Assembly (NCBI GenBank): GCA_023515725.1
Contig: JALDTO010000266.1
Location: 382,708 to 446,707, forward strand
DNA length: 64,000 nt
Direction of reading: 5' to 3'
DNA from: Amoeboaphelidium protococcarum X5
Taxonomy: Eukaryota > Fungi > Aphelidiomycota
In this document: one piece after another, positions 38,113 to 51,017 of the stretch
Layout: every line of letters begins with the position of its first letter
Position numbering within the stretch: the first letter of the stretch is position 1
Made by a program: the position numbers and the translations under genes
Notes under the pieces: generated by a model
Seen by the model: only the letters and a program-made list of their open reading frames with translations
The model's database searches: none
What the model was told of the DNA's origin: nothing

Positions 38113-39834
38113 TCATATGGACATCACGAACTCCTTGTATAGTGTCTAATCCGCTTAGTTCGCAGTAACCAATTTCACTTCTTCCTTAGAAAAACTTCGA
38201 GACATAACATTATATGATCCAACATTATCCCGATATGCACGAAAATCACCCAACATGAAGTACTCATCAGCACCAAGACAGTTATGTAGCACATTCTGAA
38301 ACGGATGTTGTTTCGACGTAAACTCCTCCGTTGTCACGAGCACTTACTTTCCAGATCTAAATATATTAGCTTATGCCATTGCAATAAGTTTCATACGACA
38401 CTTGTAATGGCTAAACGCCAATAGAGTCTTCCGCGTATTTTTATGGAGAATATGCCCAGAATTTTATTAACCACGCGAGTGTGTTACCAGTACATCGGCC
38501 GTATTACTTAGAACGGGAGGTAGATTCAAACGCTTTCTCCGTTTCTTCACCATCTTAATAGTCAGAAACTCGGGAAGAATGATTAGATCGTAATGCCGCA
38601 TCAAAAAGTTGCCAATTCGGTTATGCAAATTCGATACATATGCAGAGAATTTGGTGTAAGCACGACTAATGCCAATATCAGTGGGAACAACATTATTCTT
38701 TGATTACTTCCATGTGTGCCATAATTCTTTCTTCTACGCTTTAAACTCCTCGAGACTCAATTGTCCATTCTGTAAAGCAGCTGCGCGATTATCCATCTAA
38801 TCTTTCAGAGACTATGCATTGGAAATCTATTCACTCTTATTCTTATAAAGCTACTTGAAATCAGGCGCAATCGCAATGAATGACCTGCGATCCAAATCGA
38901 AGACGGTCATGCTCACTCTAACACCTGGATCCACCGAGCAAGTGTTTCCAGTTTAACGGCAACGCGCATCACGGCGGCTTATAAATGATCTAGCACCTTC
39001 AAGATTCTCATCTGCATTATTCATATCTTGCAGTTGCTAGTAATACCAATAAGTGAATGGACCTTATATACAGGAGGCATCATACGAAACAATCACAAAG
39101 AACTTTTTTCTTCTTTTCACGAGCTTGAACTCTCTTCCTCTGCCATAGCCAAACTTGATGAAACGGGGCCAGTAGTCAATCTTGCCAGGCTCTTAGAATA
39201 GAGGATCTTTGGCATACAGTTTCCCAAAGCTCTTGAGGAATGAAAGCAGTAGGCGGACGCGATTGCTATCTGGATCTAGACGGGCATCTTACGCTTGAAA
39301 CTGGAGCATCTAAAACTAATCATCATCTCTATTTGGCATAAAGTTGTAGTCTTTGATATCACCCTTTGTATACTTCTCATGAGTCGCATTAATAATCTCA
39401 TCTTGCACTGTTGATGGCATTCGCATCCAACGCAATCTTGGGTCGTCATCAGGCACGCGGCACTTTTTGGCTTTGACTTAACTTAGCGCAACATGGTTCC
39501 TTAGCGCTTGTATTGACACCTTTTCTCCTTAATCTCTGGAATCATTCAAAATGTTAATGATGAAATTGACCATTTGAAACTTGAGATCCAGCCATTCATT
39601 GAATTTGTGTATGAACTTCTTATCAGGGAATATACGAATATTAATCGATCGTATCTGATCATACTGATTCAGTTCGGCAATCTCTCTCGCCGATTTTTCA
39701 TCTTGCCGATTTTTGGTTTCATGTTTTCCAACGCCACTAGAGATTATTCCGAAAGCTGAAGCACTTTCTTCTTCTTCTTCTTCTTCTTCTTCTTCAAACT
39801 CTTAGATGACGACTATTACTGCTTAGATTTCCAT
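38113..39834 (-). CDS. Fanzor2 (IS607-TnpB-derived RNA-guided endonuclease), 573 aa, RuvC triad intact, zinc finger degenerate
   Basis: No TGA between 39834 and 38116 (checked codon by codon). IRSINIRIFP (OrfB HTH-like), RuvC-I SVDPGVR (Asp 38929-38931), LHNRIGNFLMRHYDLIILPEF, LLAFSHYKCR, TEEFTSK (Glu 38326-38328), RDNVGSYNV (Asp 38227-38229). Confidence 0.88.
39766..39795 (+). repeat. (TTC)10 microsatellite, poly-Glu in the Fanzor2 frame
   Basis: Ten perfect TTC units. Confidence 0.95.
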
Positions 39835-40336
39835 TTAGCCATTAGAGAGTCTGTATCTGATGCAATCTACTGATTCCGCATTTTGGATTCAATGATATTC
39901 TCAATGATTAATGCTGCACCTGACTAAAACTTTACTTCTCCTGGCTCTCACTTACGTTTTGTCCCATGTCTTTACGATTCAAATTAGGATTGAACTTTGC
40001 TGTTAAGGAGTGTTCTGTTTATTAAGATTACGGTATTTGCCAGTCCTTGTCAGTGCATTTTAACAACAGTCGTTAATTGAACGCGTCTGTGTTGCCATTC
40101 CAAACATAATGTCCAAACCATTCAGATTTAGTATTATACCAAGGGGCAAGTACTGGAGCAAATGCGGCAAATGATGATGCGCCAAGTTCTTTGACTATCC
40201 GAATATCAACTTCATTGATCACCTTAGCACACACGGAGAGAAATCCGGGAATATCTTGATGATATGCTTAAGTTTTGAAATCTTCTAGTGCTGTCTTTGC
40301 AGCCGCAGATAATTCACGTTTTTGGCTTGGCTACAT
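39794..40336 (-). other. 180-codon ORF overlapping the Fanzor2 start in another frame; possibly its N-terminal extension
   Basis: ATG 40336 to TGA 39794-39796; LAPWYNTKSEWFGHYVW resembles the PFWN...LW motif I recall from Fanzor2 N-termini. Confidence 0.4.
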
Positions 40337-40881
40337 TTTCAAATGATCAGTATTGCGATGAAAGAATTAGAACACTGTCAGTAAGCATTGAATACAATGC
40401 AATGATGAGATGTGACACGACCAGTCATCATTTCATTGTGATATCAATGAGGATGGTCGCAGCTTAAAACCACTCAGGAGTTATTGGTATTGTTAAGGTA
40501 TTGAGACAAGCTCAGAAGATTGGCAATAAAGTAAACGAGTAATTAGATTATTGACTTGTATTGAAGAGTATGTAAAAATATATAGAATCTCATTGATAAT
40601 CGTATTTAAAATAAGACTAACTATCATACAAATACTTTATGGATAAAAAATTTCAAAAGGACTTGGTGCACGAATGATTGATCCGCCCATTTTTTTGTTT
40701 TGGTGGGTTACTTATTAACGCTGAATTCCTTTGTTACACTACGTGTGCCCTAATGCTATGTTGTGATTTTCAATTGTTTCAACTCGCCAATTCGCGCCGC
40801 GAAGTCTAAACGTTATCACTTCTTAATATAAACCACAATTTTCAGTAAGAATAAGCCCAATATAGAGAGATATTTTTAATA

Positions 40882-42078
40882 ATGGCTCATTATGCCGTGA
40901 TAGCGATGTATATATTGCTGGTTTTGCTGGCGATTGTCAGTCCTCGTCTGAATAAAAGTGTAGTCATTTCATCGGCACTGGTGCTGTCGTTGACTCCACT
41001 ATTCATAAGTCCTCTAGAGTATCAGAACAGGATTTAGCGTGCGATTTATGGGATAGCTGCGGTATTTTATAGTCTCAGATTATCCGAATTGGTGTGTTGC
41101 AGCGAAACTTTGGCCCGATAATAAGGATCTGTCTCAGGAAGGCTGCTGCACATTTTCGGATACTTTCATTCAAGGAGTCTGCAATCGTGGCATCTTGTGC
41201 ATATGAAGTGCGCTGTTAATACTCCAAAGTCTGACATTATTGCTGATTAGATTGCATTCGTACTGCCTCGACTCTTGATGAAAATTGCTATATTGTCTAT
41301 TGTCCGCTCCATAGTGAATAGCTTTAATGGATCCATATTCGCCATCCCATCATTGTACTTGTCAATGGTAGTGTATCTCTATTGTTTTCTGCCCTTGATT
41401 GAGTATTGTATGAGACTTGCGCTTCTTACTTTTGGCGTGTTTGTTCCTACCACCGTATCAGTATAGAACGACATTCTATTCTATTTTGACGATTCTGACG
41501 TGTCTTTGGCTGTATTTTGGAGTAAGAGGTGGAACCAGGTTGTATAGAAAGACGTGTTGCGCCGATACGTGTACTTTCCCGTCTATAATGTGACGTAAGC
41601 GTGTGGCGGAATATCTCAGATTCAATCGAAATTCGTGGCATCATTCGCCACTTTTCTAATTAGTGGTATTTGGCATGCTTGGCCTGTTCTGTTAGCACAT
41701 GGTCACATACCACACTGGGATATGTATTGCAATGGCGACAATAAAACTCCACTGGATAATCGAGGGCTATGGATGGCTGCGTCAATGTTCAGTTTTTTTA
41801 TCGTCTAATGGCTGCTGATTGTGATTGAACATTAGATTTTTACAGTCCGCTAAACAACTCCGTCCATAAAGGTTTATAAACTAGAGACTTAAAGAATTGA
41901 GGTTAATGGCGATCTGGCCAGTGGAATTGTCAATGTTTAGAATGCTATTTAATCCAAATAGCATATAGCAATGTCAAAGTCCAAATCTCTGCATTTCCAA
42001 CGGAAGTTATTCGTTTATGCTGCAGTCCTCCTTACCTCGCCTCTTCTTATTGCGCCCATATTGAGCATATTAGAATGA
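40882..42078 (+). CDS. MBOAT (wax synthase-like) O-acyltransferase
   Basis: SLAVFWSKRWNQ, ATFLISGIWH, multiple transmembrane segments. Confidence 0.8.
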
Positions 42079-42455
42079 TATCAATCATTGGCGGGCTATG
42101 AAACGTGACACATGATGATTTGCTGTGCTTTGAACAAAGTTAAGGATTAAGACCGACCGTCCACGTCTCAACTTGCTTAATGAAAACCAGCATTATTATT
42201 ATATCAAACTGTAATCTCTTTTCTATCTTGCGGTTTTGTTATTACTATTACGATGTATTTTTGTTTTGAGTTCGCGCGCATTTTTCATCTTCTGAGCCGG
42301 TTCGATCTGTCACGCGTTTGTGTTAAGCCAGTTCTCCATCTATTAAGATCTTTTACTCTCTGTATAGACTTGTAGATCAATATAACACCATAATCTCGCT
42401 AGCCACCATCCTTATTGATTATTTAAAATAGTTCCTTCGCAGTAAGCATAGAAGG

Positions 42456-43472
42456 ATGTGGTAGATGTATTTGTTGCTATTCTTCCTGTTACCCATCAGT
42501 GTCGTGAAATTGACACCCAAGATTCCTAATGCTTAGCGAAAGTCATCCAAATAGCACTTAAATGCCATGCTGCCTGAAAATGCAAATCCGCTTCTATACA
42601 AGTCTATGCTATTACTGAAATATGTTTTAAAGTGCATTGTATTGGCTTAGATCACTTTAATCACTAATCTTGCCACATTGGTGATGGGAGTTCCGTGCCG
42701 ATTGGGCATTTTTGGTCTGCAGCCAGAGAATCTGAACGGTTACGCAGGAAAATTGTATTACAATCTTTGTCGCGTATTACTGGATCTAAGCGTGCAAGTC
42801 GAAGGTGCAGAATTCCTTCCTAATGTAGAATAGAACCCGTCAGATAAGACAGTGCTGGTTGCCAACCATTAATCTGTTCTTGACTTGGTAACAATGGCGT
42901 CCATATGGATTCCACGGTCTGTGGTTATAATCAAGGATGTTCTCAAGTATTATCCATTCTTTGGTTAGCATATGTGGTTGGCGGGTAACATATTTATCCA
43001 GAGGCCTGGAAAGAAGTCTGCGCTGATTAATAGCACATTGTCGCTTGAAGAGGTGAAGGAACGCGCAAAGCTGGTAATGAATGAGGCAGCTCTGAAAATG
43101 GTGGAGAAGAATGTCAATATCTTTTTATTTCCTGAGGGGACTCGACACTCTTACAATGAACCACTTCCGAATTCTGATAGTAAACACGTGCCTGATCTAC
43201 CATAGATGCTTCCGTTTAAACGTGGCGCATTCTAGCTGGCTGCATCTGCCAAATGCTCTGTCACTCCTGTTATAATTTCTGACTATACACCAATATTCTC
43301 TTCATCGTTACAGAGTGGATTTTGGTTCTATGACGATGCTGTAATCAAGGTGCGCATTTTGAAACCAATACCAGTCGATGACTAAAATCTGGATAGTGTA
43401 CGATCTCAGTGTCAGGACTTGATGCAATCGAATCTTATAGAAATGCGCAAGCTGGATGAACTTAGTAAATGA
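42456..43472 (+). CDS. SLC1: 1-acyl-sn-glycerol-3-phosphate acyltransferase
   Basis: ANHQSVLD (Q = TAA), FIQR, FPEGTR, LPFKRGAF. Confidence 0.88.
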
Positions 43473-43642
43473 ATCCACAATGTTTAAGCTTAAGCATTAA
43501 GTGATCTGTCTGCCTTTCTCTCTTCATCAGATTCTCGCGTTTCATCAACTGGCGGCTTCTTTCTCTTTCTGTTTCAACCACACTCGACTGACATTGAGTT
43601 CACTCCATTCACACATACTCTCTATTTACATTCTATCACGGT

Positions 43643-44666
43643 ATGCCAAAGGATAGTAAACGAGGAAGAAGTTCCAAATCATCCTTGCCTCCAGTCATGA
43701 ACAATATATTTGGAATGGACGCGTCCCCATCTCATCAGTAAGTTAACCTGCTGGTTTACCGTGTGATTATGAGACTACAATGTGTAGAAGTGATGAGATG
43801 GACGGCTTTATCAATGCAATCAAAGGTAAAATAATATAACAACCAGATTCATATATATCATTTTTATTGTAGGAAAAATGAAGAAAAAGTACAACAGTAT
43901 GTATGAGTAAATCCTGCATAGTGTTGAGGATGTAATCTTATAATCTGTTCTATGTGTGTATTGTGTTCATCATCTTAACCGCGCGTCGTCTCGTGTAGAA
44001 ATGCTCCGATCTTGAAACGAAAGTTGAAACGTTTCTGAGTGGCAACAAGAATCAGTAGTAAGTTTTATCAATCGATGCCCACTATTTGATTAAATTGGTG
44101 ATTCTTTCACATGAAGTAGTAATTAAAAGATTGCCGAGTTCAACAAAAAGTACAAGGAACATGTAACGCGTCAATCTGAATTTGTGAATGCTCTGCGTGA
44201 CACTTTCAGCGAGTATCAATAGGATTTGGCAAAGCTGATCCAAACCGTTTCTCATCATCAGCAGCAGCTGAAAACTAATCTCAAAGATGATTTTAGCAAG
44301 GAGTATGTTAGTACTGAGAAGAATGCAAGTCATCAATATTCTGATCTGGTGAATCAGTTTGAAGAGCTGGGCACGTTGGATTTCGGGGATGTTCTGAATT
44401 GGTCTAAAGGCAAACCGGGTGACTAGCTATCTTTTGATCACCAAGATGGCACATTTGCCGCCAGAAGCAATGACCGCTCCAAGAAGAGACCAAAGACTAG
44501 TCACACGCAATTTGAAGAAACTTTGAGCTCTATCGATGAGGCGGAGGAGGATGAACAGGCTGAGACAGACTTTGAAGTGAAGCAACAACGTGCTAACAAG
44601 AGAAAGAAGAAGTCTCGTTACAATGAACTGAATCCTAAACGCGGCAAGAAGAAGACCACAATCTGA
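43643..44666 (+). CDS. Multi-exon hypothetical basic/coiled-coil protein (exon structure uncertain)
   Basis: Several GT..AG short intron candidates in 43738-44120; last exon ends KKKTTI-TGA with NLS-like clusters. Confidence 0.4.
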
Positions 44667-45147
44667 TTCCGTTATATCGATAATTAGTGAGGTGAATAAG
44701 TTGAATTAGGAATGTATTTACTGAAGTCTAACCTCCCTCTGAGAGTGCACTACTTTATTTCAGTCAATGATAGACTTGATTCGCGGCACCTTTTAGAATA
44801 GTCACTGTAAATCCAAAGCGCTTAAGTGATAGCAAGGTTCATTACTTTCCTCCTAATTTAGGACCCATCACTCTTTAACTAATTCATTTATTTTTGGCGA
44901 TCATTACTTTAAGAATCAATTGATAAAGCTAAATGTAACGTTAAAAGAACGTGGCGTGACGCATATAAACGAGTGACAACTTTGAGGACCCTCAATGGTC
45001 AGAGTCGCATCAGAGGTTACACCGAAAGTCACGAAGTGATACATATAACCACCGAATGACTTTTGCAGTTAAAGTATGAACTCTCTTATTCTCTAAATAA
45101 ATCTAAATCTAATCAATTATAATTCTAGAAATTGAAAATTTATAAAA

Positions 45148-45648
45148 ATGAAGTCTTACATTGCCGTTATTGCTCTGATTGCATCCGTGTCAACCATCTC
45201 TGCTACAAACGCTCCTGCTTATGGCGCGCCATAGCCTGCACCTGCACCTGCCCATGCCCCAGCACCAAGCTACAACCATCCATAGCCTGCACCGGCACCT
45301 GCTCATGCTCCTAGTTAAAAACATCCTGCGCCTGCTCCAGTTCCAGTCCCAGCTCCATCTCACGCGCCTGCTCCGGCTTATGGCCATTAGGCTCCTGCTG
45401 CAAAGGACGACTGTAAGAATGCTACCTCTCCAGCTCATCCTGCTAATGCCACCAGCACCACCTCCTCCATCATCCCTACTGCTACTCCATAGGCATCATA
45501 GCATCCAGCTCCTGCTCCAGCACACGAAGTGAACAAGGGCGCATACATCGCTGGTCAGTCTACCAACGGTGCAGCTGAGCAGTTTGCAGGCGGTTTGCTT
45601 ACTCTCTCCGCTTCCACTGCATTCTCATTGCTGATGTCTTTGGTCTGA
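45148..45648 (+). CDS. Small secreted Pro/Ala/His-rich GPI-anchored protein (166 aa)
   Basis: Signal peptide; PQPAPAPAHAP repeats; NGAA plus hydrophobic C-terminus. Confidence 0.72.
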
Positions 45649-45826
45649 GGAGTTCACCACGTTACATTGTCTTTCTCTGATGAATGATTAGACACGATGA
45701 TGAATAAATCTAAATCAGTGCACTGCTTAAACGTTTTAAATTTCGCTTTTTTCTTTCGCGTCATAGATCACACACTTAATCGCACACATACAATCAAGTC
45801 AATTTATTGCTATACAGTTAATAAGT

Positions 45827-46729
45827 ATGAAAGTTGCAGTTGTTGGAGGCACAGGATTTGTAGGTAGACACATAGCGAACTTGCTAAAGCAGCGACGAAT
45901 ACCTGTGGTGGTAATATCGAGATCAAAACAGTAATCAAGCGCGATCAGTGGTATTAGCCATGTACAATGGGATGTTGCAGATCCTCTAGGATCGGATGAA
46001 CTCTCCGATAAAGACAGGGATTAGCTTAAAGACGTCACCTCAGTTGTTCATTGCGTTGGTAGTCTATTTGATAATGCAAGCTATAAACAGGTACTTGGGA
46101 AGTAGTAGATGTTATCTCCATTTGACTCTTAATTCTTAGGGAGATCCACCATATTATAGTCAGAAGTTCGATTTGGTTCAACGCGATAATCATCATAGTC
46201 AGATGCGTATCATAAACTCAATAGAGAGAGTGTGAAGAATGTGTTACGTGCATTCCACAGCGATATTAAGGCTAGATAAATTGAGACTGTTGCCTTCGTC
46301 TCCGCCAGTCGCAACTTGCTTCCGTTCCCGTTTAGAGATTGTTTACTATCTTCTGGTGAAGATTCTTATTTAAAATCAAAGTTGGATGCAGAAAATTACC
46401 TTATTGGTGGCCACATAGTTGGAGACAATGTGGATGATGATTTTAATAAGATGAACTACACGCGACTAATCTTCCGACCTGGCTTCATCTACGCGGAAGA
46501 GTAGACGTATACAATGCCCGTGGCTGCAACGTTCTCTGTGATGAATTGGGTAAAAAAGGACCTGCTTCCCACCAGCGTATAATCAATTCTCCCTGACGCA
46601 GTTGAGAAACCAGTTCATGTCCTCAAATTGGCCACTCAAGTTGTAGACGCGATCACTACTATACCTGATCATATCACTCCCGGCTCTGTGTCTATATTCG
46701 AAGGTGATCACAGTAAAATTGTGAACTGA
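45827..46729 (+). CDS. COQ11: COQ11-like atypical SDR (NAD-binding)
   Basis: VVGGTGFVG, VVHCVGSL, KLNRES, FVSA, YLKSKLDAE, FRPGFIY. Confidence 0.7.
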
Positions 46730-47192
46730 TAAATTTAATATCAAGTTGATTTTATTACTAAAAGTTAATTGCTGCCTTAAATTGACTCAAAATCGATTCT
46801 TTATATTGAACGTTTTACTACGATGTATGCTTTACAATAATTACGCGTATACAATCGTAATGGTATCAATCTGTTTCTTTTAAACTCAACTTTCTCTCTC
46901 TTTCTGTCTCTCTCTGCCACTCGTTCATTCTTTCGCAAATAACGACATTCTCTTATTCAGTCTGAAATCCGCAGTGTATTTCAGTGTAGTGACAGATGGG
47001 TGAAGAAAAACGTTTTGAAACTGATCCAAAGTAGCCGAAACGAATTTCACGACGCGCTTCTTCTTTTTCTTGTCGTTCTTTGTTCTGCACGAGAAGCTTC
47101 TTAGTCTTTCTTCTATCTGCTGTACAGTGCCTATCTCAATAAAAGATTATTATCTGAGCATATACTTTAGTGCATTTTATATCAAACATTAA

Positions 47193-50100
47193 ATGACTCC
47201 GTTGAATAGTAATAATAATAAAGTTAATTCAGATAGCTTAATTCCTGATCCAAAACAGTAGTTGGCAGATTGGAAAACTAGTTGGCCAGGTGCGATCCAT
47301 GATATACTGTAAAAGCAGGCTGTGGAGAGGCCTTATTAGTCATTTATTGTTGAGAATAGAGATGGTGTAATTTAGAGTCTGACTTACTTGTAGTTTGACA
47401 ATCTCACTACTTATCTGGCTTGTGCACTGCTGTATAAAAAGTTGATAGTCCCTGGGTCGGTGGTGGTAATCTACGGTGATCGATCTATTGATCTGGCCGT
47501 GTCTATATTGGCAGTTCTCAAAGCTGGGTGTACATTTAGTGTGATTGATCCGGCATATCCGCCTGATAGATAGCTGGTATATCTTGGTGTTGCCAAGCCA
47601 AAAGGTTTGATTCTGCTGAGAGGGGCTGGTCAGTTGCATTAGGCTGTAGACGATTGGGTCAAGGATCCGCTGAATGGTATCCATCTGACTATCGAAGGCT
47701 TGTTTTGTGACTTTTAGTCAACCGGTAAAGAACCATGTACACTTGGATATGTCGTTTCTGAGCACATGAAACAGTTTAATACCGTCTTCTAATAGGATCC
47801 TCACTCATTCAAGTTGCCGTCTGTTGGACCAGATTCGGTAGCAACTCTATCGTTCACATCTGGATCTTCAGGGATTCCGAAAGGTGTTCGTGGGAGACAT
47901 TATTCTCTCACTCATTTCTATCCATGGATGGGCAAAAAGTTTGGTTTGGGAGAGAAGGATGTTTTCACCATGCTGAGTGGTATTGCGCATGATCCTATTC
48001 AGAGAGATATCTTCACTCCAATCTTCTTTGGAGCAGTGCTGTATGTGCCTCATGCGGATGATATCCATAATCCGGGTCAACTTGCTCAGTGGATGTCTTA
48101 ACCATTTAGTAATTGCAAGAATTATGCTGAGAGTGATATTTAGAAGTTTGGTCCATGTACAGTTACGCATCTGACACCGGCGATGGGTTAGATTTTGACG
48201 TTGAATGCCACGACCCAAGTCTAGGGACTGACTAATGCCTTCTTTGTGGGCGACATTTTGACTAAAAGAGATGTGTGTAGGCTGCAGCTGCTTTGTCCAA
48301 ATGCAGCCATCATAAATATGTATGGTACTACAGAGACTCAGCGTGCTGTTTCTTACTTTGTTATTCCACCTCGATCTCAGCCCGGAAATTAGGAGTTTTT
48401 AGACTCTGAGCAAGATGTGATGCCTGTTGGTGTTGGCATGAACGGAGTGCAACTTGTATTACTCAACCCCAATGGTCAAGTGTGTAAGATTGATGAAGTT
48501 GGCGAGATTTATGTTCGCAGTCTTGGCCTAGCTGAAGGATACTTGGAACTTCCTTTAGATAATGCTAAAAAGTTTATCACTAATCCGTTCACCTCCACTG
48601 AACAGTTTAATGATTAATAACAGCAATAATATATTGAAGAGAGAGATGCTTTTGGAAATTGCATTATACGTCCTTTAGATCTTGGATCTCGCGATAGAAT
48701 GTATAGAACAGGTGATCTTGGGCGTTATAGACCAGATGGTATCGTGTAATGCTGTGGTAGAGCTGATGATCAAGTGAAGATTAGAGGATTTAGAATTGAG
48801 TTGAAAGAAATAGACACGCATCTAAGCCAGCATTCGGTAATCAGAGATAATGTAACGTGTGTGAAGAGAGATGCTTATGAAGAAAAGACTTTGATTGCCT
48901 ATTTTGTGCCTAACACTGATTATGACGAAGGTAGTGTTCACAAGATGGTGGATGACATTAGACAGTATCTCAAGACTAAAGTGGCATCGTACGCAGTGCC
49001 AAAGCTGTTTGTTCCTATGAAGAGATTGCCTCTTACTCCTAATGGTAAAGTTGATAAAAACGCACTTCCTTTCCCGGATGCTGCTATGCTAGGTAGTCAG
49101 GCTGTATATCTGGACGAAGAGTTGACAGATATTCAGGTAAAGCTTTAGGAAATTTGGTCCAAGTTGTTATATGGCTCAGGAAGTGCAGGTCAAATCGCAA
49201 CTGTATAAAAGATTGGTATTCAGTAGAATTTTTATGATGCTGGTGGTCATTCGATTCTGGCGACGAGATTGATATTTGAGATGAGATCAAAGTTTGAAAT
49301 GTCCAGCGAACAGTTGCCTCTAAATCTACTTGTAAAGTGTCCTACCATCGAACTAATGGCAGTAGAGATTGAGAGACAGCAGGCTTTGTAGGCTAGCTGT
49401 ACATCTCCGCTATCTTCATAATAGATTCACCAATTGGAGTCGATTGATTGGAGTTAAGAATTGGTGCTTCCTGATGATATTCGACCTCAGACTGGATAAC
49501 CATGCACCTTTGATATTCCGTAGTTGAATGATTCCGTCACTAATCAATTTAAACCAAAGTCTATACTTTTAACTGGTGTCACTGGATTTTTAGGTGCATT
49601 CATTTTATAGTCGACACTTTAACGTTTACCCGAGTGTGTTGTGTACTGCCTGGTGAGATCTAAATCAATTGATGAAGGGCGTGATAGAGTCACCAAGAAT
49701 ATGATTGCGCATCAGCTATGGACTCAGGACAATGTTAGCAGATATTAGAGCCGTATCAAGATTGTCGTTGGTGATTTGGCTAAACAACACTTTGGAATTA
49801 CACATCTGGATGGCGTAGATTCTCAAGTTTCTTCTTCTGAAGATGCTTTCCGTCAGCTCACCACTAAGATTGATTGTATCCTTCATAATGGAGCTCTCGT
49901 TCACTGGGTGTATCCCTATGCCAAGCTGAAGGCTGCCAATGTCGGAGGTACTATTGAAGCTATGAGACTCTCTGTTACCGGAGACAAGATGAAGCCGCTA
50001 GTATTCGTCTCCAGTACATCTGTATTAGATTCGCCTGGATACATAGACTCTTCTAGTGCTGCCGTGATGGAATCTGATGATCTTGAAAAGAGTCGTCATG

Positions 50101-50846
50101 GACTTACCGGCGGCTACGGTCAGAGTAAATGGGTTGCAGAGAAATTGTTGATGGAAGCAAAGAGACGTGGACTTCCTGTGAGCATTGTCCGACCAGGATA
50201 CATTCTAGGTGATTCTAAGAGTGGGGTGACTAATTCTGATGATTTCCTGTGGAGATTGATCAAGGGAAGTTTATAGTTGAAGATGGCCCCTCAGATTGAG
50301 AATGTAGTTGTGAATGCATGTCCTGTTGACTTTGTGGCTGATTGCTGCGTATAGCTACTGGTGAAAGGTAAATCTGGATTCAAGAACTTGGTGTATCACG
50401 TATGGAATGATCAGAAGGTGCAGTTGTTTGAACTATTCTAATCGCTGCATCAATTCGGGTATTCCATCAAGGATTAAGTGCAACTAGTTGATTACAAACT
50501 GTGGAGATCTTAGTTGACCAAGGCTGTGCAAGCGGGTGAGGATAATGAGTTGTTTCCTCTATTGCACATGGTATTGGATGATCTGCCTGGTGCAATGAAA
50601 TCAGCAGAACTTGATGCTAGCAATCTACGGGAACTTGTCTCTGGTTCAGGGATTTAATTCTGCAATTTGGTAAGACGATAGTAATAGGATTCTGCTGGTG
50701 TTAATGCATTCTCAGTGCCTAATAGTGATTCTTGTCTCATGGATAAGTATCTTCACTATTTGTGTGAGGTTGATCATCTGCCCGCTCCACCTGGTAAAAC
50801 TATTACCAAACGTAACAATGTCCTCATCAAGAGATCTGGTCATTGA
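47193..50846 (+). CDS. LYS2: L-alpha-aminoadipate reductase (A-T-R)
   Basis: [69 protein letters not shown], reductase [27 protein letters not shown]. Confidence 0.95.
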
Positions 50847-51017
50847 TACTCTGCGGTTCGTAAGAGCTTTTAATAGTGAACTTTGTACCATTAGTATTAC
50901 AGTAAATGTAACATTTATTTATTTTAAATGTTATTACTCATTAGATAGTCTGCGTATAACCAACTTTTCTACATTTCATTTTATCAAATCGAACCATTTA
51001 AACGATTAAACACGAAA

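Noticed and set aside
47193-50846. NRPS secondary-metabolite gene
   Set aside because: The motifs (GRHx[18 protein letters not shown]) are diagnostic of the primary-metabolism enzyme Lys2.
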